NCBI GenBank assembly: GCA_964404925.1
Contig: CAYOLW010000005.1
Span: 5,458-69,457, forward strand
From: an uncultured Candidatus Saccharibacteria bacterium
GTDB lineage: Bacteria > Patescibacteriota > Minisyncoccia > Phycocordibacterales > UBA9973
DNA: 64,000 nucleotides
Direction of reading: 5' to 3'
In this document: piece after piece, positions 27,477 through 37,151 of the stretch
How positions within the stretch are numbered: the stretch's first letter is position 1
Layout of the letters: each line of letters begins with the position of its first letter
Position numbers and translations under genes: made by a program
Notes under the pieces: model-generated
What the model was told of the DNA's origin: nothing
Database searches by the model: none
The model's input: the letters and a program-made list of their open reading frames with translations, nothing else

Positions 27477-28736
27477 CTAATAATTCTTCTTAAGTGCAGC
27501 TGGTAAATCCTTCAATTTCTTTACTACTGTTGTTAGTCCAGTTTTAGCCATTTCTTCTATGTATATTTTAGGGTCAAAAGATTTGTCTTCAGTATTTTTT
27601 ACCCCCACTCCACCCCATTTACCTTGTAGTACAAGCTTGGCAGTAGTAACTGTTGGTATTGCAGTTGTATAGCCTATAGCATTACCATTGGTTTCCTTGA
27701 AGGCTTTCTGGTGGTCGCAAACGTTGTAGATGTACATGTATTGCTTCTTGCCTTTCTTGGTTCCAGAAACAATGTTTCCGATGTTAGTCTTGCCTTTGTA
27801 TCCAGCATTGAAATCAGCACCTGTTGGGAGTATCTTTTTCAAGAATTTTACTGGCACGACTTTTTTACCATCATAATCAACCTCATCAATACGAGTCATA
27901 CCTACTTCGTAAAGCACACGGAGGTAGGTCAGGTACGCTGGTGAAAATGTCATCCAGAAACGAATCTGCTTGAGTCCAGGAATATGTTTTGGAATAGTTT
28001 CTAATTCTTCATGGTACATGAGGTATGGAGTGAATTTGCCCGCTTCTGGGAAATCAAATTCAAAATACGCTGCATCTTCGTCAATCAGCCTGCCACGTTT
28101 TACCCACTTACCATTTTTCCAATATTCAATAGGAAGTATTAATTCACGTAGATTAATCTCTGGATCAAAATTAGGTGCGAATTTAATTTTCTTGTCCTTG
28201 CTGCCGCCATTACAATCCAAGATATCAATAGTTTCTATTTTATCAAAAAGGTAGTCTCTGGCATAAGCTGAATAAATATTGGATACTCCAGGATCAAAAC
28301 CTGAACCTAAAATACCAAGTAGTCCCTTTTTCTTCCAATCATCGTTTTTTGCTAGTTGGAGTTTGTATGAAAATCCGTACTTTTCCGGATGTTCATAACA
28401 CGCAGTATCAATATAATTAACCCCATATTCATAGCAAGCATCCATTACAACCAAGTTGTCATACGGTGCACCCCAGTTAATAACTAACGTAGGTTCAACC
28501 CGAGACAGCAAACCCATAAAAAATTCTTTATTACCTACATTACCTTCGTGGATATGCAGTTTCACTTTGTTTTTAGACTTTTTCAATATTGAATCTCGAA
28601 CTTTTTCCATTTTAGAGAGTGTCCTCGACACTACATAGATCTCAGAGAAAATTTCTGGCGTCTGTGCCATTTTATGTAGACCAACTGAACCCACATTACC
28701 ACAACCGATTACCAATATTTTGTTAATTGTATTCAT
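27477..28736 (-). CDS. carboxynorspermidine/carboxyspermidine dehydrogenase (saccharopine dehydrogenase family)
   Basis: Rossmann ILVIGCGNVG; ILGSGFDPGVSNIYSAYA; KFAPNFDPEINLREL; AIGYTTAIPTVTTAKL; 419 aa. Confidence 0.8.
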   Translation of the reverse strand: MNTINKILVIGCGNVGSVGLHKMAQTPEIFSEIYVVSRTLSKMEKVRDSILKKSKNKVKLHIHEGNVGNKEFFMGLLSRVEPTLVINWGAPYDNLVVMDACYEYGVNYIDTACYEHPEKYGFSYKLQLAKNDDWKKKGLLGILGSGFDPGVSNIYSAYARDYLFDKIETIDILDCNGGSKDKKIKFAPNFDPEINLRELILPIEYWKNGKWVKRGRLIDEDAAYFEFDFPEAGKFTPYLMYHEELETIPKHIPGLKQIRFWMTFSPAYLTYLRVLYEVGMTRIDEVDYDGKKVVPVKFLKKILPTGADFNAGYKGKTNIGNIVSGTKKGKKQYMYIYNVCDHQKAFKETNGNAIGYTTAIPTVTTAKLVLQGKWGGVGVKNTEDKSFDPKIYIEEMAKTGLTTVVKKLKDLPAALKKNY

Positions 28737-28794
28737 TGCTTTTTCCTTTAATTATTATATATTTACAAGGTAAGTTTAACTTCATTTACTTAGC

Positions 28795-30117
28795 ATGTCA
28801 AAGAAAATAATAGTCAACAAATTTGGTGGCGGCATACTCAAAATAGGTCTAATTCCTCATATTGAAAAAAGACTCAAAGAAGAAATGCGAAGTGGGTACA
28901 CACCTGTATGTGTAGTTTCAGCACTGCCTGGAATTACCGACCACCTACTTTATATGTCTCATGGAGGAAATTCAGCAAAAGAAAAGAAACTCCTTGCCGC
29001 ACGTCACCGAGAAACAATCAATGAAATTATTAAAAATCCTGATACAAGGGATGCCTGCTGGAAAGAAGTTACTCGCCTATTGGCTGAAGTTACAAATGAA
29101 ATAGATAAACTCGCCGGCAAAAATATGAGCGCAAAAAACGAGGACAAAGTAGTGGCCTATGGCGAGAAGCTTTCTGCTATACTTTTCACCCACTATGTAC
29201 GGTCTATTGGATATGATGCTTCTCCAATATTAGCCGAAGACATACCCATAGTGACAGATGATAATTTCAAAAATGCTAACATTGAATACAAAACATCAGC
29301 TAAAAACATTTCTAAGAAATTGTCTCAAAGTAATAAAATAATAGTTATACCTGGATTCACTGGCACTACCAAAGAAGGGTATACCACTACACTGGGCCGT
29401 GGCGGTACGGACACCACTGCTTGCTTTATCGGTGCGGCACTTAATGCAGAAAAAATAATATTATGGAAAGATGTGGGTGGTGTAATGTCTGCCGATCCAC
29501 GTATTGTAAAAAATGCCAAGACCGTGCCTTTCATTAATTATCAAGAAGCAGAAGAAGCCGGCAAGATAATCCACGACAAAGCTATTCAGTATGTAAAAAT
29601 CCATAATACGCAGATAGAAATAGCTTCACTAGTAAACCCAAAACAAAAGACCGTAATTGGTAAAGAAATAAAATCGAAAAAGGGCACAAAAATAGTGAGT
29701 TATAAAAAGAATCTAGTTTTCTTTATTGTGACCGATGAAGAGAAAAAAGAAACAGACATGCTGGCCGTGGTAAACCAAGCTTGTTCTAAAAACAACGTAG
29801 ACATACTGCTCATCAGCAACACTCGATACAACCTGCAAATAGTAGCCGATAACCAAAATGGCAAAGCAGCAGAAGTCTTTAATGAGATAAAGAAACGAAT
29901 TCCAAAAGTCACCATGTCTCCAGTATCCATGGTATTCCTAGTTGGTAATTTCGAAATGCAAGACGTGAATGAATTCAATACACTCCTAATTAAACAAAAA
30001 ACAGATATGGAAATCAGTGCCTTCTTCTACAAGAATTGCACCAGACTAGAAGCAGTAATCAAAGACCAAAATATAGAGAAAATCGTTAACGCATTACATA
30101 ATAAATTTATAAAATAA
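28795..30117 (+). CDS. lysC: aspartate kinase
   Basis: KFGGGILK; TTTLGRGGTDTTACFIGAALNAEKIILWKDVGGVMSADPR; C-terminal ACT-like region. Confidence 0.85.
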   Translation: MSKKIIVNKFGGGILKIGLIPHIEKRLKEEMRSGYTPVCVVSALPGITDHLLYMSHGGNSAKEKKLLAARHRETINEIIKNPDTRDACWKEVTRLLAEVTNEIDKLAGKNMSAKNEDKVVAYGEKLSAILFTHYVRSIGYDASPILAEDIPIVTDDNFKNANIEYKTSAKNISKKLSQSNKIIVIPGFTGTTKEGYTTTLGRGGTDTTACFIGAALNAEKIILWKDVGGVMSADPRIVKNAKTVPFINYQEAEEAGKIIHDKAIQYVKIHNTQIEIASLVNPKQKTVIGKEIKSKKGTKIVSYKKNLVFFIVTDEEKKETDMLAVVNQACSKNNVDILLISNTRYNLQIVADNQNGKAAEVFNEIKKRIPKVTMSPVSMVFLVGNFEMQDVNEFNTLLIKQKTDMEISAFFYKNCTRLEAVIKDQNIEKIVNALHNKFIK

Positions 30118-30118
30118 A

Positions 30119-31210
30119 ATGGACAAAAAATTAAAAGTTGGAATATTGGGGGCAACAGGAATGGTTGGGCAGAATTATATTAGACTACTCGAGAATCATC
30201 CTTGGTTTGATGTGGTATATGTAGCTGCATCGGCAAATTCAGCTGGAGTAACTTTCAGCGAGTCAGTGAAAGGTCGCTGGCAAATGCACTCACCTATTCC
30301 AGTAAATGTTGCAGGACTCATTGTAGAAGATGTGGCAAGTGTAGAAAAAGCAAAAGAAGTTTGCGATTTTGTTTTCTCAGCTTTTGAAATGCCAGATAAA
30401 GAACTGATAAAAGAAACAGAAAAGAAATACGCTGAAGCTGGGCTACCTGTAGTATCCAATGCTTCTGCCAACAGATGGACCGAAGATGTGCCCATGCTCA
30501 TCCCTGAGATAAATTCGGATCATGCAGATATAATAGAAACACAAAAGAAAAATCATGGCTGGGACCAAGGATTCATAGCGGTAAAGCCAAACTGTTCACT
30601 CCAGAGTTATCTAACTCCTATCTATGCACTTCTACAAGCAGGATATGAAATAGAAAAAATTATGATCACTACCATGCAGGCAGTTTCAGGTGCTGGCTAC
30701 CCTGGAGTGCCTAGCCTCGACATGATAGATAATATTGTGCCATTTATCGGTGGCGAAGAAGAAAAGACAGAAAAAGAACCCTTAAAGATTTTGGGCAAGA
30801 TTGTAGATGGAAAGTTTTTAAATCGAGAAGGTTTGAAAATCTCTGCTACTTGTACTCGTGTGCCAGTGACTGACGGACACACAGCAACTGTAAACATTTT
30901 ATTTAAAGATAAAAAACCAACCAAGGAACAAATTTTAGAGATCTGGAAAAATTTCAAAAGTTTTCCGCAGGAACTTAATCTTCCTTTTGCCCCAGTACAA
31001 CCAATACACTACACCACAGAAGACAATAGACCTCAACCAAGCAAAGACAGAGATACTGATAAAGGTATGGCCGTTACCGTCGGCCGCCTACGTGAATGCA
31101 ATGTTTTCGACTACAAATTTGTAGCTCTTTCTCACAATACCGTCCGCGGTGCTGCTGGAGGCGGAATACTAAATGCAGAATTATTAGTCAAAAAAGGATA
31201 TATCAAATAA
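30119..31210 (+). CDS. asd: aspartate-semialdehyde dehydrogenase
   Basis: KVGILGATGMVGQ; catalytic Cys in KPNCSLQSY; C-terminal SHNTVRGAAGGGILNAELLVKKGYI. Confidence 0.85.
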   Translation: MDKKLKVGILGATGMVGQNYIRLLENHPWFDVVYVAASANSAGVTFSESVKGRWQMHSPIPVNVAGLIVEDVASVEKAKEVCDFVFSAFEMPDKELIKETEKKYAEAGLPVVSNASANRWTEDVPMLIPEINSDHADIIETQKKNHGWDQGFIAVKPNCSLQSYLTPIYALLQAGYEIEKIMITTMQAVSGAGYPGVPSLDMIDNIVPFIGGEEEKTEKEPLKILGKIVDGKFLNREGLKISATCTRVPVTDGHTATVNILFKDKKPTKEQILEIWKNFKSFPQELNLPFAPVQPIHYTTEDNRPQPSKDRDTDKGMAVTVGRLRECNVFDYKFVALSHNTVRGAAGGGILNAELLVKKGYIK

Positions 31211-31214
31211 ATTT

Positions 31215-31571
31215 ATGTTTGATTTCAATCAACCGCCAAAAAAAGAAAATCATGCAGTAAAGAAAATTACTGAGGAGGATTTGAATGAATTGCTTAGACC
31301 AATACCACCCCAAATACAACAAAGTGCTTTATTCCAAGCAGCACTTTCGTATTTAGCACACAACGCAGGGAGTTTAAAGGAAATCATGGGATCAATGAGC
31401 GGTATGATAAAAATAGAGGAACTTGCACGAACACTAAAGGAAAGCCCCCTTGATGGTACAACAAAAATGCTCATTGGTTACAACTTAGCAGAACTACAAC
31501 AAAATCCAGTAATGATGGGCCATGTTGACCAGTATCTAACAGCAACAGCAGATTTTTACATACAGGATTAA
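31215..31571 (+). CDS. hypothetical small protein
   Basis: ORF only; 4 nt after asd. Confidence 0.3.
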   Translation: MFDFNQPPKKENHAVKKITEEDLNELLRPIPPQIQQSALFQAALSYLAHNAGSLKEIMGSMSGMIKIEELARTLKESPLDGTTKMLIGYNLAELQQNPVMMGHVDQYLTATADFYIQD

Positions 31572-31614
31572 TTCGACAAATTAGAATATTGGTCAAATTT
31601 TTTAAATACAAAAT

Positions 31615-31642
31615 TTGCTGAAGCTACAAAGTATTATATAAT
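31615..31642 (+). promoter_or_regulatory. promoter TTGCTG-16-TATAAT, 7 nt before the ATG at 31650 (leaderless)
   Basis: TATAAT at 31637-31642. Confidence 0.5.
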
Positions 31643-31649
31643 TCTATCG

Positions 31650-32096
31650 ATGAGAAAACACAGTTTACCATTTATCATAACCTCTAATGTTTTTTTGTTT
31701 TTTCCTATTGTCGCGTCGCTATATGCCCAGGAATGGATATACTCTATATTTAGCTTTTTTCTACTTATAGCCTCTGTGGGGTTTCATTACACTCACTACT
31801 ATAATCAAAAAAGTTTTTCTCTCACCCGTTTTTTGTTTGGAGGTAAAAAATATAAAAATGAAAAGACGTTTCGTCTATTAGATTGGTCCCTTGCTGCAAT
31901 CGGTGCTTTATATGTATTTTATTTCATTTACGTTTCTCCTGCGGTTTATATTTTAAAACTAACTTCAGCCTTACTTTTCTTTGCCTCTTTTGTATTTTTT
32001 TTATTAAACTACAAAGTTGGTAACTACAAAAAATACCACCCATGGTTCCATGTATTTACTCAGACGCTCCTTGGGTTTATCGTATTGTTTCTATAA
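31650..32096 (+). CDS. hypothetical 4-TM membrane protein
   Basis: Hydrophobic ORF. Confidence 0.35.
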   Translation: MRKHSLPFIITSNVFLFFPIVASLYAQEWIYSIFSFFLLIASVGFHYTHYYNQKSFSLTRFLFGGKKYKNEKTFRLLDWSLAAIGALYVFYFIYVSPAVYILKLTSALLFFASFVFFLLNYKVGNYKKYHPWFHVFTQTLLGFIVLFL

Positions 32097-32117
32097 GTAG
32101 AAATTGATTCTTTTGTA

Positions 32118-33209
32118 TTAGAATCCTTCTTTTTTTAACTGCTCAACGATATCTCTTTCTTTTTTAGAAAGTTTGTTTGGTATTTTAATATGAGTACGAA
32201 TTAGTAGGTCACCACGTCTGCCTTTGTGTGGTACACCCTTGCCCTTAACTCGGAGAATTTCACCCACAGCAAGGCCCTCTGGTATAGTGACCTCAATTTT
32301 ACCGTCCAGTGTATCTATGGTGTGCTTGGTACCGAGTAATGCATCGGTAAGCTTGATGTCCAGATTCATAATTAGATCAACACCCTCTCGATGCAAATGT
32401 GCGTGTGGAGTCACCCGGAGTTTGATATACAAATCTCCAGCTGTTCCATGGGACACTGCTTCACCCGCACCACTCATACGCAGGGTGTCGCCATTATTAA
32501 TACCCTCTGGTATGTTAATAGTTATTTCTTCTTCTGTACGATGCACTCCTTTACCCTTACAATCATGACAAGGTTCTTTTGGTATTTCTCCTCTGCCGGC
32601 ACAGACGTCACACACACGAGTACTTGATATGGTTCCCAGTATAGTACGTTTAGCTTCTTGAATTTTTCCTTTACCGTGACAGTTTTTGCAAGCATCCATT
32701 TTAGTGCCTGGTTTTGCACCCTTACCGCTACATGTTTTACAAGTTCCAGTTTTAGTTAAAAATACTTTTTTGGAAACACCAAAAACTGATTCTGCGAAAG
32801 TTATTTGAATTTCGGTAGAAATATCACGGCCTTTATTTTTCTGCGCCCGACCGCCACCAGCACCGAAGAAATCACTGAAAATATCGTTCAGATCAAAATC
32901 AGCATCCCCGCCAAATCCGCCCTGGAAGCCAGAAAAATCAAAACCCTCAAATCCACCGAATCCGCCACCGCTTTGGCCACCACCAAATCCGCCCATATTC
33001 TGATAATTTGAGCCAAATTGGTCATACTGAGCACGTTTCTGATCATCTGAAAGGGTCTGATATGCCTCATTAACCTCCTTGAACTTCTTCTCATCCCCCT
33101 CCTTTTTGTCAGGGTGATATTTGTGGGCCAACTTATAAAAAGCCTTCTTAATTTCTTCTTTAGAAGAACCTTTATTTACCCCTAATATTTCATAGTAGTC
33201 TTTGGACAT
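32118..33209 (-). CDS. dnaJ: molecular chaperone DnaJ
   Basis: J-domain with HPD ([10 protein letters not shown]), G/F-rich linker, four CxxCxGxG zinc-finger repeats. Confidence 0.9.
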   Translation of the reverse strand: MSKDYYEILGVNKGSSKEEIKKAFYKLAHKYHPDKKEGDEKKFKEVNEAYQTLSDDQKRAQYDQFGSNYQNMGGFGGGQSGGGFGGFEGFDFSGFQGGFGGDADFDLNDIFSDFFGAGGGRAQKNKGRDISTEIQITFAESVFGVSKKVFLTKTGTCKTCSGKGAKPGTKMDACKNCHGKGKIQEAKRTILGTISSTRVCDVCAGRGEIPKEPCHDCKGKGVHRTEEEITINIPEGINNGDTLRMSGAGEAVSHGTAGDLYIKLRVTPHAHLHREGVDLIMNLDIKLTDALLGTKHTIDTLDGKIEVTIPEGLAVGEILRVKGKGVPHKGRRGDLLIRTHIKIPNKLSKKERDIVEQLKKEGF

Positions 33210-33269
33210 AATTTATATTTTACTGACACCTCAGAAAAATGCAAGTTTTTCGCGAGCACAGAAAAAACG

Positions 33270-34724
33270 TTAAATCATCGGTTCGGCTTCTTCAGTTTTT
33301 TCTTCAGTTGAGCTATTTGATTTACCAGAAATTGCTTCTTTTTCTTCTTTACTGCGGATGATGGTAGCCTCTTCTTCTTCAATCAGTCTCTGAGCCGCGT
33401 CCTTGGTAATAGCAAATTGATGTCGGGAAGCAGCCTTGATCTCGTCGCGATAGGACGGATGAGTTGGCGGCAATACACGCAGTGTCTCTGCTGAGAATGG
33501 GTCATAGCTTTCGCCATCAATAGTCATTTTGATATAGAATTCACCGACGGCCAGGTTGATCATGTCCTTTACTCCGAACAGCGGATCGAATTCAGATTTA
33601 AGCCTCGTCGCATCTTCACCACCCACACGGAAACTAATTATACTTCCGGTATTACCAAGCACCGCCTGATAAATCTTGGGGTTAATTTGACCCACGTACT
33701 GATGTGCCATTGTTAGGTTCAATCCGTACTTACGCGCCTCTGACAGAATATTCTCAAATGTCTGAGTAACCACGTTTTGAAACTCGTCTACATATATATA
33801 AAAATCTTGTCGCATATGCTCGGGAATATTAGCCCGCTCCATACCCGCCTGTTTAATCTTGGTCAAGAACATTGAGCCAAAGAAAGATGAATTTTCTTCA
33901 CCAATACGGCCTTTGGACAAATTGATTAACACAATTTTCTTTTCATTCATTAGTTGCGCAATGTCAATTTTGTTTTCCTTCTGTCCAAAAATATTACGAA
34001 GCAACGGATCAGAGAGGAATTGACCAAGCTTGTTCACCAACGGAATAATAGCGTCGGTGTCGAACTTCTCGGACCAATCGGCGAATTCGATAGCGAAGAA
34101 TCTCTTCACCATGTCGTCTTGGATATATTCCACCACCTTCTGACGGTAGTTACGGTCGGTCAACATAGAAATCATTCCACGCATGGTAGCGTATGGATAG
34201 TCAAGTAGTGCCAAACAGGTAAAACGAAACACGTGCTCGAGTCTCGGGGTCCAGTTAGAACCGAACTGCTTTTGGAACACCTCAATCAAACCTTGGGTCA
34301 ATTGAAATTTGAAACCAGGGTCAACATTAGAAAGCGGATTGAAAGATGCTGGGAATTCAGAATCCGAAGGGTCCAAGATGCAAACATCATTAATGCGTTC
34401 TTTGGGAATGTAGTCGAGCATCGAGTCTATCACATCACCGTGCGGGTCAATGAGACACAGTCCATGCCCATAAGTTATGTCTTGGCGAAGGAAAAGTTCT
34501 AGGAGTTTAGTCTTACCCACACCGGATTTACCAATGATATACAAGTGGCGACGACGGTCGACTCTTTTGATGCCAAAAATATACTTTTTCTCTTCAAGCG
34601 CAGCCACATAGTTGGTCCGTCCAATAAAAGACACATCCTCAGGGGCCACTTTACCATATGCTGGCAATTCTGGTGGTGGTGGACCGTATTTGATTATCTG
34701 AACTCGATTGGGTTTGGACGTCAT
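33270..34724 (-). CDS. soluble P-loop NTPase of the HerA/FtsK/TraD-TraG superfamily (paralog of 37144-39528)
   Basis: Walker A IIGKSGVGKTKL; LIDPHGDV; Walker B YIYVDEFQN; paralog alignment (FGIKR.DRR.H.YI.GKSG.GK, LVN.SKGRIGE.NS, MAHQY). Confidence 0.55.
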   Translation of the reverse strand: MTSKPNRVQIIKYGPPPPELPAYGKVAPEDVSFIGRTNYVAALEEKKYIFGIKRVDRRRHLYIIGKSGVGKTKLLELFLRQDITYGHGLCLIDPHGDVIDSMLDYIPKERINDVCILDPSDSEFPASFNPLSNVDPGFKFQLTQGLIEVFQKQFGSNWTPRLEHVFRFTCLALLDYPYATMRGMISMLTDRNYRQKVVEYIQDDMVKRFFAIEFADWSEKFDTDAIIPLVNKLGQFLSDPLLRNIFGQKENKIDIAQLMNEKKIVLINLSKGRIGEENSSFFGSMFLTKIKQAGMERANIPEHMRQDFYIYVDEFQNVVTQTFENILSEARKYGLNLTMAHQYVGQINPKIYQAVLGNTGSIISFRVGGEDATRLKSEFDPLFGVKDMINLAVGEFYIKMTIDGESYDPFSAETLRVLPPTHPSYRDEIKAASRHQFAITKDAAQRLIEEEEATIIRSKEEKEAISGKSNSSTEEKTEEAEPMI

Positions 34725-34761
34725 ATTTGATATTAGATGTTATAAGTGTATCATAATAAAT

Positions 34762-35457
34762 ATGAAAATTCATAGATTCATAGGCGATTTTGACTTTCGG
34801 AAAAACACCATAAATATTGAGGACCCAGAGATAATCAAACAGCTAAGGAACGTGCTACGCATGGAGCCTGGAGAGACTATTATCCTGTTTGATGGTAAAG
34901 GTATGGAGGCTGAAGTAGTAATAGAATCCATAAACAGTAAAAGCATTTTGGGGAATATAATAAGCAAAAAGGAGGTTTCAGGTGTAAGTAAATCTGTATC
35001 ACTTTATTTAGCGATTTTAAAGAAAGAGAATTTCGAACTAGCGGTACAGAAATCCGTAGAATGCGGAGTGTCCAGAATAATCCCAGTTATAACAGAACGC
35101 ACAGTAAAGACAGGACTCAATATAGAAAGGATTAATAAAATTATTCGCGAAGCAGCAGAACAATGCGGACAAAGTTTGTTACCAGATATTCTGCCCTCTA
35201 TGCCCTTCAACGACGCACTAATACAAGGACGAGAAAGCGAGGACAAAATCCTATTTCATTTAGTACGAGAAGAATACACACCAGCCAAAGATACAAATTC
35301 TATAAGTATTTTTATTGGACCAGAGGGTGGATTTACTGATAAAGAAATTGAACTAGCAAAAAAATCCGACTACACTATAGCTTCTCTCGGTGCACTCACC
35401 CTCCGTGGCGAAACTGCTGCCATCATCGCCACCTACCGAGCCGTTCAAGGTATCTAG
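34762..35457 (+). CDS. rsmE: 16S rRNA (uracil1498-N3)-methyltransferase RsmE
   Basis: HRFIGDFDF N-terminus; IILFDGKG...; SPOUT C-terminal IGPEGGFTDKEIELA; start taken at MKIHRF (the track began 54 nt upstream). Confidence 0.8.
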   Translation: MKIHRFIGDFDFRKNTINIEDPEIIKQLRNVLRMEPGETIILFDGKGMEAEVVIESINSKSILGNIISKKEVSGVSKSVSLYLAILKKENFELAVQKSVECGVSRIIPVITERTVKTGLNIERINKIIREAAEQCGQSLLPDILPSMPFNDALIQGRESEDKILFHLVREEYTPAKDTNSISIFIGPEGGFTDKEIELAKKSDYTIASLGALTLRGETAAIIATYRAVQGI

Positions 35458-37151
35458 TAAACTTCCTGCTGATAACATTTTTCACAATACACTATCTCGG
35501 GGCGATCTGGGGCGTAGCTGGTTTTCATGCCGGTATTACACTTGGAACAATTGCGGTTGTATAGCCTCCATTTATTGATTCTATTTATTCTTCTTTCATG
35601 ACGACAGTTAGGGCACTCTCTCGGCAACGGTAAAGTAAACCTACGCAGTAACTCCAATTCACCAAAAGCTATCCGGTAAGGCTTGGAACATTTTTTACAA
35701 GAAACGACTTCTTTGGTTATAGTATCTTCTACCTCAGAGATACTATCAGGTAAATCTTCGGGCTTTATCGTGGGTGTATGTTCTCCACTTTTAACTTCAG
35801 AATATATAAAACCACTTTTTGCTATTTCTTCTTTAGACATTGGGAAATACTGTATAGCATAAGACGCATTGTATGCAAAAGGAGATAAATCATAAGGAAA
35901 GAAATCACCATACCGAAAAACCCGGCCCTTGGTGTCTACATAAGGATCTTGATCCATACTAGCGATGATTTCATCTCTTAGTTTAAAATACTCTTCTTTA
36001 GAATATTGCTTGTTTAAAATACAATATTGCTTATTACGCAAACCAACACAACCAAAACAATCTTTGGAATTAACCACATACATTGAATACTCAACATTTC
36101 GAACATTATTCCATACACCAGAACAATATTTGATTTGATAGCCACCCTCTCCGGCAGTTATCGAATCGATACTTTGTTCAAGTCCATTACCCCATTCTCC
36201 AATATCATAATTATCTTTAAACGGGGGCAACGTTATAAATTGGCAATATCTAGAGTCTTCAGACATAACTGTCATATAGCAATCATGCACATTCTTAGAA
36301 GAATACACATATTCACCAGTCGAGTTAACATTCATGCGTCCATAGACTGCACGCTTTGGGAATTTGTTCCAAAAATTAAATATTTCTCCTTGAATAGCTT
36401 GATGGGCAGAATATCTATCAAGGTTCATTTCTTGTATTTTTTTCTTATATTCTTCTTTAGAATAAGGCTGATTAAATATGTGGTAACTTTTGTTTCTCAA
36501 ATTCACACAGCCAAAACAATTTGTACAAGCAACACAATCCTTGGAATACCACACGTCCACTGATTCTGGGCAATTTTCCGAGAAAAAAATATGTGAACCA
36601 TCTCCTCCGATACATTCATAAGCAAATTCTGTCTTATTGATCATCAAACAGTCCATTACCTCCTTGGAGTGGTTAATTACAGTAGAATAGTAAACATTCT
36701 CACAAAAATCAGCATTAAAAAGTAGGTAGCAATTTTTGCATGCACCAGCATGGTTGATGTATTCGCTATTAACTAAAGTCGTATAAGAAACTATTAGGTT
36801 CATCTTTGGTGTATTCAGCATCAAATCTTTAAGTTGGTTAAAGAAATTAATATTGGGATTATAGTCCAGTGCGTATTCCCCACCATCCCATTTATCGCCC
36901 CACCAACACGAACCACAATATATTGATTTATGTACTTCTGGATCAAAGATAGTAACTACGTTTTTACTACACAAACCACAAACGCTTTTATATAAAGTCC
37001 TTTCATTACGAAAAGACATCCTTTTTTGAATTCTGCATTCCGGGCAAAAAGTCGGTGCAGGAACTTTGATTTTCTCGTAGAAAGAAAAATCCTCGGGTTC
37101 AATATTGAAATCCTTTTTACAATTCTGACAATTTTTAGTTTCTTTATTCAT
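35454..37151 (-). CDS. large (565 aa) cysteine-rich protein with multiple zinc-ribbon/treble-clef-like CxxC pairs and internal repeats
   Basis: About 45 Cys; N-terminal CQNCKK...CPECR, C-terminal CKKCSK...CPNCRH...CSKCNT...CEKC; internal repeat C[FV]GCV[NG]LRNK[SQ]Y.I.N.(P/Q)YSKEEY occurs twice; 8-nt overlap with the upstream ATPase gene. Confidence 0.5.
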   Translation of the reverse strand: MNKETKNCQNCKKDFNIEPEDFSFYEKIKVPAPTFCPECRIQKRMSFRNERTLYKSVCGLCSKNVVTIFDPEVHKSIYCGSCWWGDKWDGGEYALDYNPNINFFNQLKDLMLNTPKMNLIVSYTTLVNSEYINHAGACKNCYLLFNADFCENVYYSTVINHSKEVMDCLMINKTEFAYECIGGDGSHIFFSENCPESVDVWYSKDCVACTNCFGCVNLRNKSYHIFNQPYSKEEYKKKIQEMNLDRYSAHQAIQGEIFNFWNKFPKRAVYGRMNVNSTGEYVYSSKNVHDCYMTVMSEDSRYCQFITLPPFKDNYDIGEWGNGLEQSIDSITAGEGGYQIKYCSGVWNNVRNVEYSMYVVNSKDCFGCVGLRNKQYCILNKQYSKEEYFKLRDEIIASMDQDPYVDTKGRVFRYGDFFPYDLSPFAYNASYAIQYFPMSKEEIAKSGFIYSEVKSGEHTPTIKPEDLPDSISEVEDTITKEVVSCKKCSKPYRIAFGELELLRRFTLPLPRECPNCRHERRINRINKWRLYNRNCSKCNTGMKTSYAPDRPEIVYCEKCYQQEVY

